Sequence record: OZ209023.1
Direction: 5' to 3' (one strand)
DNA from: Escherichia phage T4
Length of the DNA stretch: 64,000 bases
Shown in pieces: positions 50,926 to 59,863 of the stretch. Below the pieces are notes generated by a model. The model was not told the origin of the DNA. It saw only the letters and a list, made by a program, of their open reading frames with translations, and did not search any database. The number at the start of each line of letters is the position of its first letter. The first letter of the stretch is position 1. A program made the position numbers and the translations under genes.

Positions 50926-51840
50926 TTAAGATTTAAGTAAATCAACAATTTTAATTAACTTTTCACGCTCAGATTTAGCTTTACTACTCAATCCAGATAG
51001 TCTGAAAATTTCATCATCATATTGTTGAATAGAAATATTCAGCTCTTCAATTTGCTTATTAAAATAATCAATTTGTTCAGAATGTTTTTCGTTACTACGA
51101 ACTGGTACAGGTTTTGTAGGCAATTTAGTTGAACTGGATTCATTCGGGCGATAAATTAAAATGCAATTTGAACCAATCGGGCATTTAGCACCAGATGAAT
51201 ATTCTAACGTTCCAGCTTCTTTTAAAACTTCAAAAGCTAAACAGAGATGATGCCCCATATTAACATAATCAGTAGAGCGAGCTCTGATGTAATAATCATC
51301 TCCACGAGTGCTAAATTTAAAGCATTTAAGGTCTTCTGTATTATTAGTTTTAAAAATCATTTGTTTATCTAGACCTTTAGCCAATCGAGCACCTAATGCT
51401 AATAATCGTCGTTGATTTTCCCACAAATCTGCGATCATTTGGTCAAATGATAATTTCGGCATTAGCCGACCATAAAGGTCATATCCTTTATTATAATTGC
51501 GAAGGATTTCACTCGCATTAATACGAGACAACGCTCCAATTTTATTAAGGGCTTTCATAATACGATTAGATAAACTCATTCCAGACCCGTTTGTTCGCTG
51601 TAAATGTTTTTCTAATCCAAATCCAATATCAACTTTAAATTTATCTAAAATTTCAGCATGAACATCTCTGTCAATAACATTCAAATCCAAAGTTGGGTTA
51701 AATCTATGAAAAAATTTATCTGGCTCTCCACGACGTAAAACAGTCCATTCATTCATCATTTTTTTATTAACTAAAGATTTAATTACTGCGTTGACATTAT
51801 TAATTACTACTGACATATTTTCCTCACTCAATTTTACCAA
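50926..51840 (-). CDS. hypothetical protein, paralogous family member with C-terminal coiled coil
   Basis: 304-aa ORF; WENQRRLLALGARLAKG block. Confidence 0.55.
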   Translation of the reverse strand: MVKLSEENMSVVINNVNAVIKSLVNKKMMNEWTVLRRGEPDKFFHRFNPTLDLNVIDRDVHAEILDKFKVDIGFGLEKHLQRTNGSGMSLSNRIMKALNKIGALSRINASEILRNYNKGYDLYGRLMPKLSFDQMIADLWENQRRLLALGARLAKGLDKQMIFKTNNTEDLKCFKFSTRGDDYYIRARSTDYVNMGHHLCLAFEVLKEAGTLEYSSGAKCPIGSNCILIYRPNESSSTKLPTKPVPVRSNEKHSEQIDYFNKQIEELNISIQQYDDEIFRLSGLSSKAKSEREKLIKIVDLLKS

Positions 51841-52225
51841 TTACGCGGAATAAGATTGAACAGACTATATAAGTACCACATATAGATTGAACTAATGCCA
51901 TTCCAAAGAACCAAACAATATTATCAAACCATGTCTGTTTTACGTCGAAAGGACGTAAACTTACAGTAATATTATCACCTTTTTCTATTGAAGAATACAT
52001 CTCTGGGGAAATATATTCACTAAATCTATAACCGTCTTTGAGTTCATATACAGCAATAAACGATAAACTAGACCCCTTTCCTTGAGTTCCTGTAAGGGTA
52101 TTAACTACAGTAACATCATAATCTTTATAATGCATATAATCATTAATTGCGTAATAACCATATGCAATTACTATACATAAACAACATATCAATAAATTCA
52201 ATCTTTTAATTATCAACTGTTTCAT
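51824..52225 (-). CDS. small membrane protein
   Basis: 133-aa ORF with two hydrophobic segments. Confidence 0.5.
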   Translation of the reverse strand: MKQLIIKRLNLLICCLCIVIAYGYYAINDYMHYKDYDVTVVNTLTGTQGKGSSLSFIAVYELKDGYRFSEYISPEMYSSIEKGDNITVSLRPFDVKQTWFDNIVWFFGMALVQSICGTYIVCSILFRVIGKIE

Positions 52226-52280
52226 AATAATCTCAATTAAAAGGGCTTAGAACCATTATACCATCCTTGGTATAAAGCGG

Positions 52281-52808
52281 TTATGCGAGTACCGTATTTA
52301 ACCGTTCTTCAAACTTCCGAAGAGTGTTCTGGCGTTCAGCTCTTTGCTTTTTGTAAGTTTCAATACGCTCTGAAATGAGAGTGTATCGTTCATTTACTGA
52401 TTCTTTCATAAAATCAGGAATTTCACGAGAAGCTTTAATCTCGTCAAATTTATCAATAACAGCTTGCTCTTCAGCAATTAAGTTATCATACATCAAAATA
52501 TCTTTCTTGATGAACTCAATATCTTCTTGAGTTACACGAGATAATTTAGATGCTTTATCCTTTTTGTACTGTTCGTTAGTATCACGAGACCAGTGTAATG
52601 TACGATTTTTATTCGTATTCTTGTAAATTTCTACAATACCAATCTCATCGATAATAACGATCCAATTCCAACGGGATTTGTAAATTTGTCCTCCATTAAC
52701 AGTGATTTCACCTCCGATTGAGATGTCATTAAAGAACTTGCTTTGTGCTTCTGATTTAAATTTACCATCGTTGTAATTTACCAGGTTGAAAATATCTTTA
52801 GCGTTCAT
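52281..52808 (-). CDS. hypothetical protein
   Basis: 175 aa from Met preceded by GGAGG SD. Confidence 0.5.
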   Translation of the reverse strand: MNAKDIFNLVNYNDGKFKSEAQSKFFNDISIGGEITVNGGQIYKSRWNWIVIIDEIGIVEIYKNTNKNRTLHWSRDTNEQYKKDKASKLSRVTQEDIEFIKKDILMYDNLIAEEQAVIDKFDEIKASREIPDFMKESVNERYTLISERIETYKKQRAERQNTLRKFEERLNTVLA

Positions 52809-52836
52809 TTTGTGTTCCTCCGTAGTTGATAGTTGT

Positions 52837-52866
52837 ATAGTACCACAGAGGAACGGTCTTGTAAAC
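52837..52866 (-). promoter_or_regulatory. early promoter (GTTTAC / TACTAT) in repeated 22-nt block
   Basis: plus gtaaac 52861-52866, atagta 52837-52842. Confidence 0.45.
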
Positions 52867-52868
52867 AA

Positions 52869-53183
52869 CTAAAAGAAACTTCTTTCACAATTTTTTCCAC
52901 TGAACCAAGCGCTCACTGCTTTCTTAGTTTCAGGAGCAGTGTTATCCATAAACCATTCAAAGGCAGCCTTTTTATGATTCTGGAGGGCTTCTCGGGCTTT
53001 AATCTGCTCACGGTCTATTAACACTAACATATGAGCCTTTCTTGTCACCAGGGGCTTCTTATGATTTTTTGAATACTCCCAATCATTTGTCCATCGCATC
53101 GTTGTTGCGAATTGAAATACAGCTTCTTTAATCTTAGTTTCGTAAATTTCACGAGCCTTTGAGTATAACATCATTACCTCCAT
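52869..53183 (-). CDS. hypothetical protein
   Basis: 104-aa ORF. Confidence 0.5.
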   Translation of the reverse strand: MEVMMLYSKAREIYETKIKEAVFQFATTMRWTNDWEYSKNHKKPLVTRKAHMLVLIDREQIKAREALQNHKKAAFEWFMDNTAPETKKAVSAWFSGKNCERSFF

Positions 53184-53273
53184 TTACCAGTTTAATTCTA
53201 GTCATCTTTTTGATGGCAGTCCATATAATCTATTTCTGAACTGCCTTTTTGTCTTAGAAGGCCTCTTATGAAT

Positions 53274-54254
53274 TTATTTCAGAAGAGTAACCGTAGCGAT
53301 TTCTTCCCAACCGTTTTTGTCGGTCATAATAAAGTCAGCAAGATAAAGTGCAGTACGCAGTGAAACATTACGTAAACGGTTAACATTGACTTTCATCCAT
53401 GATAATGCTTTATAAGTTTCTTCATCAGAAAGACCACGCTTTTGCATCATGTCGGTTGAAAGAATAACATCTTCAACCCTGACCATAATTTCTTCATTAG
53501 TGTGAACACCCAAATCCAAATAAACTGAGCGGGACACTAATGCTTGTAAATGTGGAGCAAGTTTAGTACCACGGTCTAATTCGCGGTCAATGTCAACGTT
53601 TGTGATAAAAACAATTGTTCCTTTAAATTCAAACTCACGCTCAATGCCTTTTTCTTCTAAGTAAGAAGATGCAGTGCTCCAGCAGACTTTACGGGTCTCT
53701 CCAGTGTCCAGAGCAGCTTTCAGAAGATTAAGAATGTCCATATCAGAGAAAACATCCACATCATCAATCAAAAGGACAGAATTCTCTTCACGATTATTCC
53801 AAAGCTGTTCATAAAGACCGATACCAGAGATTTTACCGTTAATGCTTTTATACTCAATGTATCCAATATCATTTGCTTTATTCAAAGCTTTATCTAAAGA
53901 ATATGTTTTACCAATACCCGCCGCACCAGAGATAATTAATGAACGAATATTTCCGTTAATAATACCATTCGTCATCATTCCCATAACATTAAATCTTTTA
54001 TTAATGCGGGTTTTCATATCTTCATATGATTCTTTAACTTCTTCAACTTTTACACCATCATATGAAATGTCTGATTTGTAAACCCAAACACCGCGACGTT
54101 TACCGTCAATTTCAACAAAAACTTTACCATCTCCTTGTGCATCTACCGGAGCATTATCAGGGAACCATTCACCTAAGAGCTCAAAAGTTCCAGAGATTTC
54201 TTTACCGAAGTAGATACCCTTATTGATAGTTACAGTTTTCATTTTATTCTCCAA
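53274..54254 (-). CDS. P-loop NTPase of unknown function
   Basis: 326-aa ORF; Walker A GAAGIGKT, Walker B LLIDDVD. Confidence 0.6.
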   Translation of the reverse strand: MENKMKTVTINKGIYFGKEISGTFELLGEWFPDNAPVDAQGDGKVFVEIDGKRRGVWVYKSDISYDGVKVEEVKESYEDMKTRINKRFNVMGMMTNGIINGNIRSLIISGAAGIGKTYSLDKALNKANDIGYIEYKSINGKISGIGLYEQLWNNREENSVLLIDDVDVFSDMDILNLLKAALDTGETRKVCWSTASSYLEEKGIEREFEFKGTIVFITNVDIDRELDRGTKLAPHLQALVSRSVYLDLGVHTNEEIMVRVEDVILSTDMMQKRGLSDEETYKALSWMKVNVNRLRNVSLRTALYLADFIMTDKNGWEEIATVTLLK

Positions 54255-54277
54255 ATCCGTATCAGTTGATAGTTGTA

Positions 54278-54307
54278 TAGTACCATAAAGCTTTATGCTT
54301 GTAAACC
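54278..54307 (-). promoter_or_regulatory. early promoter (GTTTAC / TACTAT) in repeated 22-nt block
   Basis: plus gtaaac 54302-54307, atagta 54278-54283, A/T-rich UP-like tract upstream. Confidence 0.45.
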
Positions 54308-54337
54308 GTTTTGTGAAAAAATTTTGAAATAAAAAAG

Positions 54338-54355
54338 GGAGCCCGAAGGCTCCCT
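54338..54355 (-). terminator. rho-independent terminator (UUCG-loop hairpin + U-tract)
   Basis: plus gggagcc-cgaa-ggctccc followed on minus strand by TTTTTTATTT. Confidence 0.55.
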
Positions 54356-54356
54356 A

Positions 54357-55403
54357 TCATTTATAATAACTTCGATGGTTTTCAAGATAAACCCTCTCAA
54401 GGAAGTCATCCCAGAAACTCATGTCTACTTTTTGCTGCATACCGTTCTTAGAAGCTTCAGTAGATGCTGCTTCTACTTGATCGACCACATCTTCCAAAAA
54501 CTCTTGAACGGTTTTAAATGGATGCTTACCCAACTTCACGTCGAGAATAAATGGAGCATCTTGGAGTGGATAAACCAAGTCACCAGTTTTGTAAATTTCC
54601 AATAGTTGAAGTCCACCACGACAAGCATGGCTCAGAGCTTTCCAGTCAATGCCTTCATTGGCTTCGGCCTTACGAGCACGTTCGCCGTATTCAGCATCTA
54701 ATTTGTTCAGTGACTGCTTAAGCTCAATAAGAGAAAGCGTTGTCTGATATTTACGACCCAACACTGTGTAAAACGTTTGTGGGCCTGTTTTCTCATGATT
54801 ATGGAACACCCATTCACAGAATTCGTTTTCTGGAAGACGATGCTTAATATCTTCAACTTTAGTACGACGCTGCTTAATGGAACCATCTTCTTGGTAATCA
54901 ACCCATTGCTCAGGGATTTGATTAACTACTTTCAATACATCGCGTAATGCAGCCAAACGAGAACCCTTGACGCCGTATTTAGAAGCTTGCTTGCGGACAT
55001 ATCCTAAATATGATTTCATGTTAGTCGTATAAAAACGAGAACGGTTGTCTTGAATAAACTTCCACACATCAGGCAAATCGGATTTAACCACTAGTTCAGG
55101 TGGAGTGTGGAGCATATCCAATGCTACAGTTTCACCATCTGCTGCTAATTTAAAGAAATACTTAAGACTATACAATTCGTGGTCAATATCATCTTTAGTG
55201 TTTTTAGATGATGTGTTGTTGGTATTTTTACTCATGTGCTCTTTGACGTTTCCAATAAGAATATCGCGAGCAGGAGGAACAAAGATTTCTTTAAAATCTA
55301 CATCAGATTCTGGAGTAGAAGTTCCATAAAGATGACTACCAAAATAAGACTTAACTACAGTTTTCATTATTAGACCTTTCATAATCTTCATTAAATTGTA
55401 CAA
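54357..55403 (-). CDS. predicted nucleotidyltransferase-fold protein
   Basis: 348-aa ORF; YFGSHLYGTSTPESDVDF matches the minimal nucleotidyltransferase hG[GS]...DxD signature. Confidence 0.55.
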   Translation of the reverse strand: MYNLMKIMKGLIMKTVVKSYFGSHLYGTSTPESDVDFKEIFVPPARDILIGNVKEHMSKNTNNTSSKNTKDDIDHELYSLKYFFKLAADGETVALDMLHTPPELVVKSDLPDVWKFIQDNRSRFYTTNMKSYLGYVRKQASKYGVKGSRLAALRDVLKVVNQIPEQWVDYQEDGSIKQRRTKVEDIKHRLPENEFCEWVFHNHEKTGPQTFYTVLGRKYQTTLSLIELKQSLNKLDAEYGERARKAEANEGIDWKALSHACRGGLQLLEIYKTGDLVYPLQDAPFILDVKLGKHPFKTVQEFLEDVVDQVEAASTEASKNGMQQKVDMSFWDDFLERVYLENHRSYYK

Positions 55404-56130
55404 TCAATCGATGATAATTAGATTTTGGATATCCTAATTTACTTATATAAGTTCCGAATGACCCACGTTTAGGTCTATTTAATTTAATCCATAACTTATA
55501 AAGTAAGTCATAGTCTTGCCAATGTTTACCAGTTCTTTGTCTAATTTTAGATGAATTTGATTGTTTCTTTTTAGTTTCAAAATTATTCAAAGATTTTTTG
55601 ACTGCAGCAGAGTGTTTTTCTTTAACTCCCGGTCGTTTAAAAGCAGCTTTCACCCCTTTAGATATTTTTTCTTTAACTTCCGGTTTGTTTTGTGCTTCTA
55701 ACTGGGATTCTGAAATTTTAGCCCTTATTTCAGGAAGACTTAATGTTATCGAACGTTTTTCTCTGTATTCATTAGACTTCCACATTTCTTTCATTGTATT
55801 AGAATGTATTTTTGAAAATTTTTCTCTAACTAACTGATATCCTCTTGAAGTTAATTTGAGATTTCTTCCTAAAGAATCTTCTCCAAAATTATAAAATGAC
55901 CACCATGCATAAATTAATCCAGGCGAATTGTAATGAATTTTAGCTAAAAGCCAATGGGCTATAAAATGCTCTCTAGCTGTTAATAAAACTAGATTATCAG
56001 AATCATCATTACCACCAATACAAGATGGAATAATATGATGCTTTTCCGTATAAAAATTTAATTTAGATTTATCTAATTTTCTGAGTTTTCCTTTCTTAAT
56101 TAAATTATTATATACTTTAGTATAATTCAT
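55351..56130 (-). CDS. mobD: freestanding HNH homing endonuclease MobD
   Basis: 259-aa ORF; MNYTKVY N-terminus, HHIIPSCIGGNDDSDNLVLLTAREHF. Confidence 0.7.
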   Translation of the reverse strand: MNYTKVYNNLIKKGKLRKLDKSKLNFYTEKHHIIPSCIGGNDDSDNLVLLTAREHFIAHWLLAKIHYNSPGLIYAWWSFYNFGEDSLGRNLKLTSRGYQLVREKFSKIHSNTMKEMWKSNEYREKRSITLSLPEIRAKISESQLEAQNKPEVKEKISKGVKAAFKRPGVKEKHSAAVKKSLNNFETKKKQSNSSKIRQRTGKHWQDYDLLYKLWIKLNRPKRGSFGTYISKLGYPKSNYHRLIVQFNEDYERSNNENCS

Positions 56131-56204
56131 TGGTTCTTCGTCTCATTTAATTTTGCTTTGCATTTATAACACATGTCTGTTCCACTTGAAATAAACATAT
56201 TTCC

Positions 56205-56750
56205 TCACTTTGAAATCATAGTTGGAATAACAGAATCAAGATAAGTCTTTAGTGCAATAGCTTCGTCTTTGTTTAATGTAATGATATGTGATCGAAAATC
56301 ATCAATTTGACGAATAGATACTACATCTCCCTCTTCATAGCATTTTGAAACATTTAAAATAGTTTCATCATTCTGATTACAGGAGTTAGTAATAATAGCA
56401 TTACATTTTTTAAACCATTTTAAATTATGTTTTCTTTTAGTAGAATCATAAAAATATTTAATGTTAGTTATAAAATTATCCCAATTATTAATTGATAAGC
56501 ACATTGACTCGCTTTTAATATTAAATCCTGGGCATGAAGAATAAAAATGAATTTTATGCTCATCATTAATGCTTACAATTTTATCAGTGTAAGCATATTC
56601 AATTTGGGTTAAACGAACAATTTCGCTAGGCGTAAAATATAGCATGTCATCTTCTTGCGTCAAACGATACATGTTATTTACTTTTTCTATAGCCAATTCA
56701 CCAAAAAGTGGACTAACTTCTAATACTAGTCGTTTCGCCTCGCTCATCAT
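56205..56750 (-). CDS. hypothetical protein
   Basis: 181-aa ORF with early-promoter-like element upstream (56883-56912). Confidence 0.5.
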   Translation of the reverse strand: MMSEAKRLVLEVSPLFGELAIEKVNNMYRLTQEDDMLYFTPSEIVRLTQIEYAYTDKIVSINDEHKIHFYSSCPGFNIKSESMCLSINNWDNFITNIKYFYDSTKRKHNLKWFKKCNAIITNSCNQNDETILNVSKCYEEGDVVSIRQIDDFRSHIITLNKDEAIALKTYLDSVIPTMISK

Positions 56751-57077
56751 TACATACTCCTCTGAATCATATTAATAATGTTATTCACCAGATTATAAGT
56801 AAACATTGGGTAATTATATTGAATCATCACATATATAACAAACAAAACTTTCATTCTCTTCTCCTTGGCAGTTGACAAGATTACTATACCATAATCTTGT
56901 CAACTTGTAAACCATTAAATGACGTTTTCGATAAAATTTTGAAGCTTTGTATGAGCATCAACCATGATTTTCATTTCTTCCTTGGCAAAAGCTGTGCCTC
57001 TTTCCCGAGAAGAACATTCATAGTCAGAAACTGCATTAGCATATTCTTCAATTAGCTTCATTAAAAACATCTGTTTT

Positions 57078-57272
57078 TCAGTTTTCATTATTCCACCTAA
57101 TCATTTCAAGATATTGAACTAACTTAGCTTTGGATTTATCCAAATCCCTTTTAGCTGCTTCTATACCGTCGTATGAATATCCTTCACAATGCTCAACTGC
57201 TAATTGATATGAATCTATTTCAATATCATGCGCTAATTTAATGATTTTTTCAAACTGTTCGCGTGTTAGCAT
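57078..57272 (-). CDS. hypothetical small protein
   Basis: 64-aa ORF. Confidence 0.4.
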   Translation of the reverse strand: MLTREQFEKIIKLAHDIEIDSYQLAVEHCEGYSYDGIEAAKRDLDKSKAKLVQYLEMIRWNNEN

Positions 57273-57274
57273 AC

Positions 57275-57493
57275 TTAAACTCTCGTATTATGATCGATAA
57301 TTTCATCAAGAAACATATCTAACGCTTCTACAGCATTATTAACTTTAGCTTCAAATTCTTCAATACCTGATAAGGCAAAGTTAATGCGTTCCTCATCTGC
57401 TTTACGAATTAAAGCTACCAATTCCTTAATTTTATCCGCTTGTTCGATACTAATCATTATTCCACCACATATGAAAGAGAGAATATTGCACAC
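57275..57493 (-). CDS. hypothetical small protein
   Basis: 72-aa ORF. Confidence 0.4.
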
Positions 57494-57690
57494 GCCATGT
57501 GAGTTGCAACTTCATCACACATATTATAACGTTTCTTAAGAAGTTCTACAAGTTCTTCACTAGTAACTTCATCCATGTCGACGAAAAAATCACCATTAAT
57601 GATGACGTAGATATTTCCTTCTTGATTGAGTGCTTCAATTTTCATGATGTTCTCCTCTTTATCCGATGGTTGTATAGTACCACAGCTCAA
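57457..57690 (-). CDS. hypothetical small protein
   Basis: 77-aa ORF. Confidence 0.4.
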
Positions 57691-57703
57691 ACGGAAAGTA
57701 AAC
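57674..57703 (-). promoter_or_regulatory. early promoter (GTTTAC / TACTAT)
   Basis: plus gtaaac 57698-57703, atagta 57674-57679. Confidence 0.45.
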
Positions 57704-57719
57704 CGGTAAAATGAAAAAA

Positions 57720-57735
57720 GTCTCCCGAAGGAGAC
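57720..57735 (-). terminator. rho-independent terminator (UUCG-loop hairpin + U-tract)
   Basis: plus gtctcc-cgaa-ggagac followed on minus strand by TTTTTT. Confidence 0.55.
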
Positions 57736-57740
57736 TAATG

Positions 57741-57962
57741 TTATTCGAGGGAAAGAAGATACTTACTCTGGTAAAACATTCCAGTAATATCATCTATCGT
57801 GCTTTGGATGGCTGGAGGCATTTCTTTATAAATGCTGTTAGATTGGTCTAGTATGCGATCAATCATTTTAATTGTGTCGGTAGGAAGTTTACTGGCATCT
57901 GGAATTGAAGGCGTGTATTTTCGACCAGAATACCCCAAATATTGCTCACCCAAATTTATCAA
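57741..57962 (-). CDS. hypothetical small protein
   Basis: 73-aa ORF. Confidence 0.45.
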
Positions 57963-58128
57963 TCAAATCTGGCAACTCGGAAAAAATAAAATCGTATGCT
58001 TTGTGTCTAGCATAACTTTTAGTTTCAAAATGTGCAGAATGAAAATAAGCTTGTGCAGCCATTAATAAACCTAAGTATTCATCTGCCTTTGAAGGTTTTC
58101 CACTTTGTGAAAAGTCGCTGAATTTCAT
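57946..58128 (-). CDS. hypothetical small protein
   Basis: 60-aa ORF. Confidence 0.4.
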   Translation of the reverse strand: MKFSDFSQSGKPSKADEYLGLLMAAQAYFHSAHFETKSYARHKAYDFIFSELPDLIDKFG

Positions 58129-58418
58129 TCAGTCTCCAATTTAATGTTCATAATTCTAGCGTATGATTGTGCCATCTCCGCGCCTCGCTCTATACATTCA
58201 AAATCAGAAGAGCACGGGTCATTTTTATAGGTCGTTCTCATAAAACTATAGAATTGTTCAGACGATTCTACGCTTTTATTTTCAAAAAGCATATAAACGT
58301 GCCTAATACCAGATTCCATAAATTTATCAAAATGAGGATCGACATTCGCTTCAATCGATGGAGATAAAACAAATGACAATCCTAGCATGGCAAAAAGTGC
58401 TGTTGCTTTTAAGGCCAT
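58125..58418 (-). CDS. rI: lysis inhibition regulator rI (periplasmic, signal-anchor)
   Basis: 97-aa ORF; N-terminal hydrophobic segment; size and position upstream of tk match T4 rI. Confidence 0.75.
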   Translation of the reverse strand: MALKATALFAMLGLSFVLSPSIEANVDPHFDKFMESGIRHVYMLFENKSVESSEQFYSFMRTTYKNDPCSSDFECIERGAEMAQSYARIMNIKLETE

Positions 58419-58430
58419 AAAGGCCTCCTA

Positions 58431-58643
58431 TCATTTTTGTCCTGTATTTACTTTGTGCCGATGCACGGCCTTAACTTTATCAAGGTATTTTTCAAAATTT
58501 CGCAATCTAGTATAGTCTGCCGGAGATTGGTTGAGTGATACTTCTCGACGCAAAGCTGAAATGATATTTCCAACTTCCCTACGAATTTCATCTAATTGAA
58601 GAACAGTAAGATTGCGAAGTTGCTTTTCAGTTAATTGTAGCAT
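58431..58643 (-). CDS. hypothetical small protein (rI.1 position)
   Basis: 70-aa ORF. Confidence 0.5.
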
Positions 58644-58668
58644 ATATACCCCTTTAGTTAGATAAACC

Positions 58669-58676
58669 TATTTATA
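58669..58676 (-). promoter_or_regulatory. T4 late promoter TATAAATA upstream of the rI region
   Basis: plus tatttata = minus TATAAATA, 26 nt upstream of the ORF starting at 58643. Confidence 0.5.
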
Positions 58677-58685
58677 ACTTTTGCA

Positions 58686-59267
58686 CTAACCGAGCTTTTT
58701 AGTTAATTCATTCCAATGTTTTCTACACAAAGAAACATAAATTTCATCACCAATACAAATTTGATTACCTTCTTTAACTGGTGTTCCATCTTCCATTAAT
58801 CGAGCTGTCATAATCGCTTTTTTACCACAATGACAAACTGCTTTTAGTTCAATAAGTTTATCTGCAATCGCTAAAAGTTCTTTAGAACCTTCAAATAATT
58901 TTCCAGCGAAATCAGTCCTTAGCCCATAAGCCATAACAGGAACATTATATGTATCAACAATTCGGCTCAATTGATGCACCTGTTCAGTTTTTAAAAACTG
59001 AGCTTCATCTACAAATACGCAATGAATATCTTTTTGTGCTTCAGCCCATTTATAGAACTCGAAAATATCCATATCATCTGTAATAATATTCGCTTCCTGC
59101 TTAATTCCAATGCGAGAAACGACTTCACAGACAGAATCGCGAGTATCAATAGCAGGCTTAAGAACTAATACACTCATTCCACGTTCTTTATAATTATGTG
59201 CAGCAGTCAAAAGAGAAGCAGATTTTCCAGCATTCATTGCTGCATAAGTAAAAATTAAACTCGCCAT
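58686..59267 (-). CDS. tk: thymidine kinase
   Basis: 193-aa ORF; Walker A AAMNAGKS; zinc ribbon CHCGKK...C; recognised sequence. Confidence 0.9.
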   Translation of the reverse strand: MASLIFTYAAMNAGKSASLLTAAHNYKERGMSVLVLKPAIDTRDSVCEVVSRIGIKQEANIITDDMDIFEFYKWAEAQKDIHCVFVDEAQFLKTEQVHQLSRIVDTYNVPVMAYGLRTDFAGKLFEGSKELLAIADKLIELKAVCHCGKKAIMTARLMEDGTPVKEGNQICIGDEIYVSLCRKHWNELTKKLG

Positions 59268-59268
59268 C

Positions 59269-59457
59269 TTAGTCCTTAGTTAAATTTTCTAAATATGTTT
59301 CTAAATCATTTTCAGCTTTATCGATAGATTTTACTAATTCGTAATATGTTTCGGCATCTCCATATTCAGAAGATATTTCAAAAGACAAATCCTTTTCTAA
59401 ACTAATAATTTCACCAACTAAAAATAATATTTCGTTCTTTTGTTCGCGAGTAATCAT
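59269..59457 (-). CDS. hypothetical small acidic protein
   Basis: 62-aa ORF. Confidence 0.45.
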   Translation of the reverse strand: MITREQKNEILFLVGEIISLEKDLSFEISSEYGDAETYYELVKSIDKAENDLETYLENLTKD

Positions 59458-59645
59458 AAGGAATTTATATAATCAATGAGTTCTTGTTCTTTATTATCGA
59501 ATTCTTTAGAAAGTTCTTCGTACTCGTTTGCGCTAAAAGGACCGCATTCATTACAAACTTTTTCCAATTCACTATTTTTATCCATAACTTCGTGGATAAG
59601 AGAAAAGAGTGTGTCTTTTTGTTCTTTGCTTAAACTCATAACCAT
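59454..59645 (-). CDS. hypothetical small acidic protein (paralogue of previous)
   Basis: 63-aa ORF, similar E-rich pattern. Confidence 0.45.
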   Translation of the reverse strand: MVMSLSKEQKDTLFSLIHEVMDKNSELEKVCNECGPFSANEYEELSKEFDNKEQELIDYINSL

Positions 59646-59863
59646 GTCACCTTTAAGCAGTATTCTTCTACATGCTGTTTACGACCTTTCTTATCAATAA
59701 AGGTATATTCAACGAATGTTCCAATGTAGTCTTTATCTACATCATGTGGACTATTAATTGGACATTTAGTGCGACAAATGCGTTCCCATTGACGAATAAT
59801 TACTGCCTTATTCTTTGGGTCATATGGATGTGGATAATGTATATTCATAATAATGGTTCCCAA
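59636..59863 (-). CDS. hypothetical small protein
   Basis: 75-aa ORF. Confidence 0.45.
   Translation of the reverse strand: MGTIIMNIHYPHPYDPKNKAVIIRQWERICRTKCPINSPHDVDKDYIGTFVEYTFIDKKGRKQHVEEYCLKVTWL

Noticed and set aside
52241-52270. Partial palindrome/promoter-like sequence ccattataccatccttggtataaag
   Set aside because: Lacks a -35 element and lies at the 3' end of a coding region; likely a degenerate copy of the promoter cassette.
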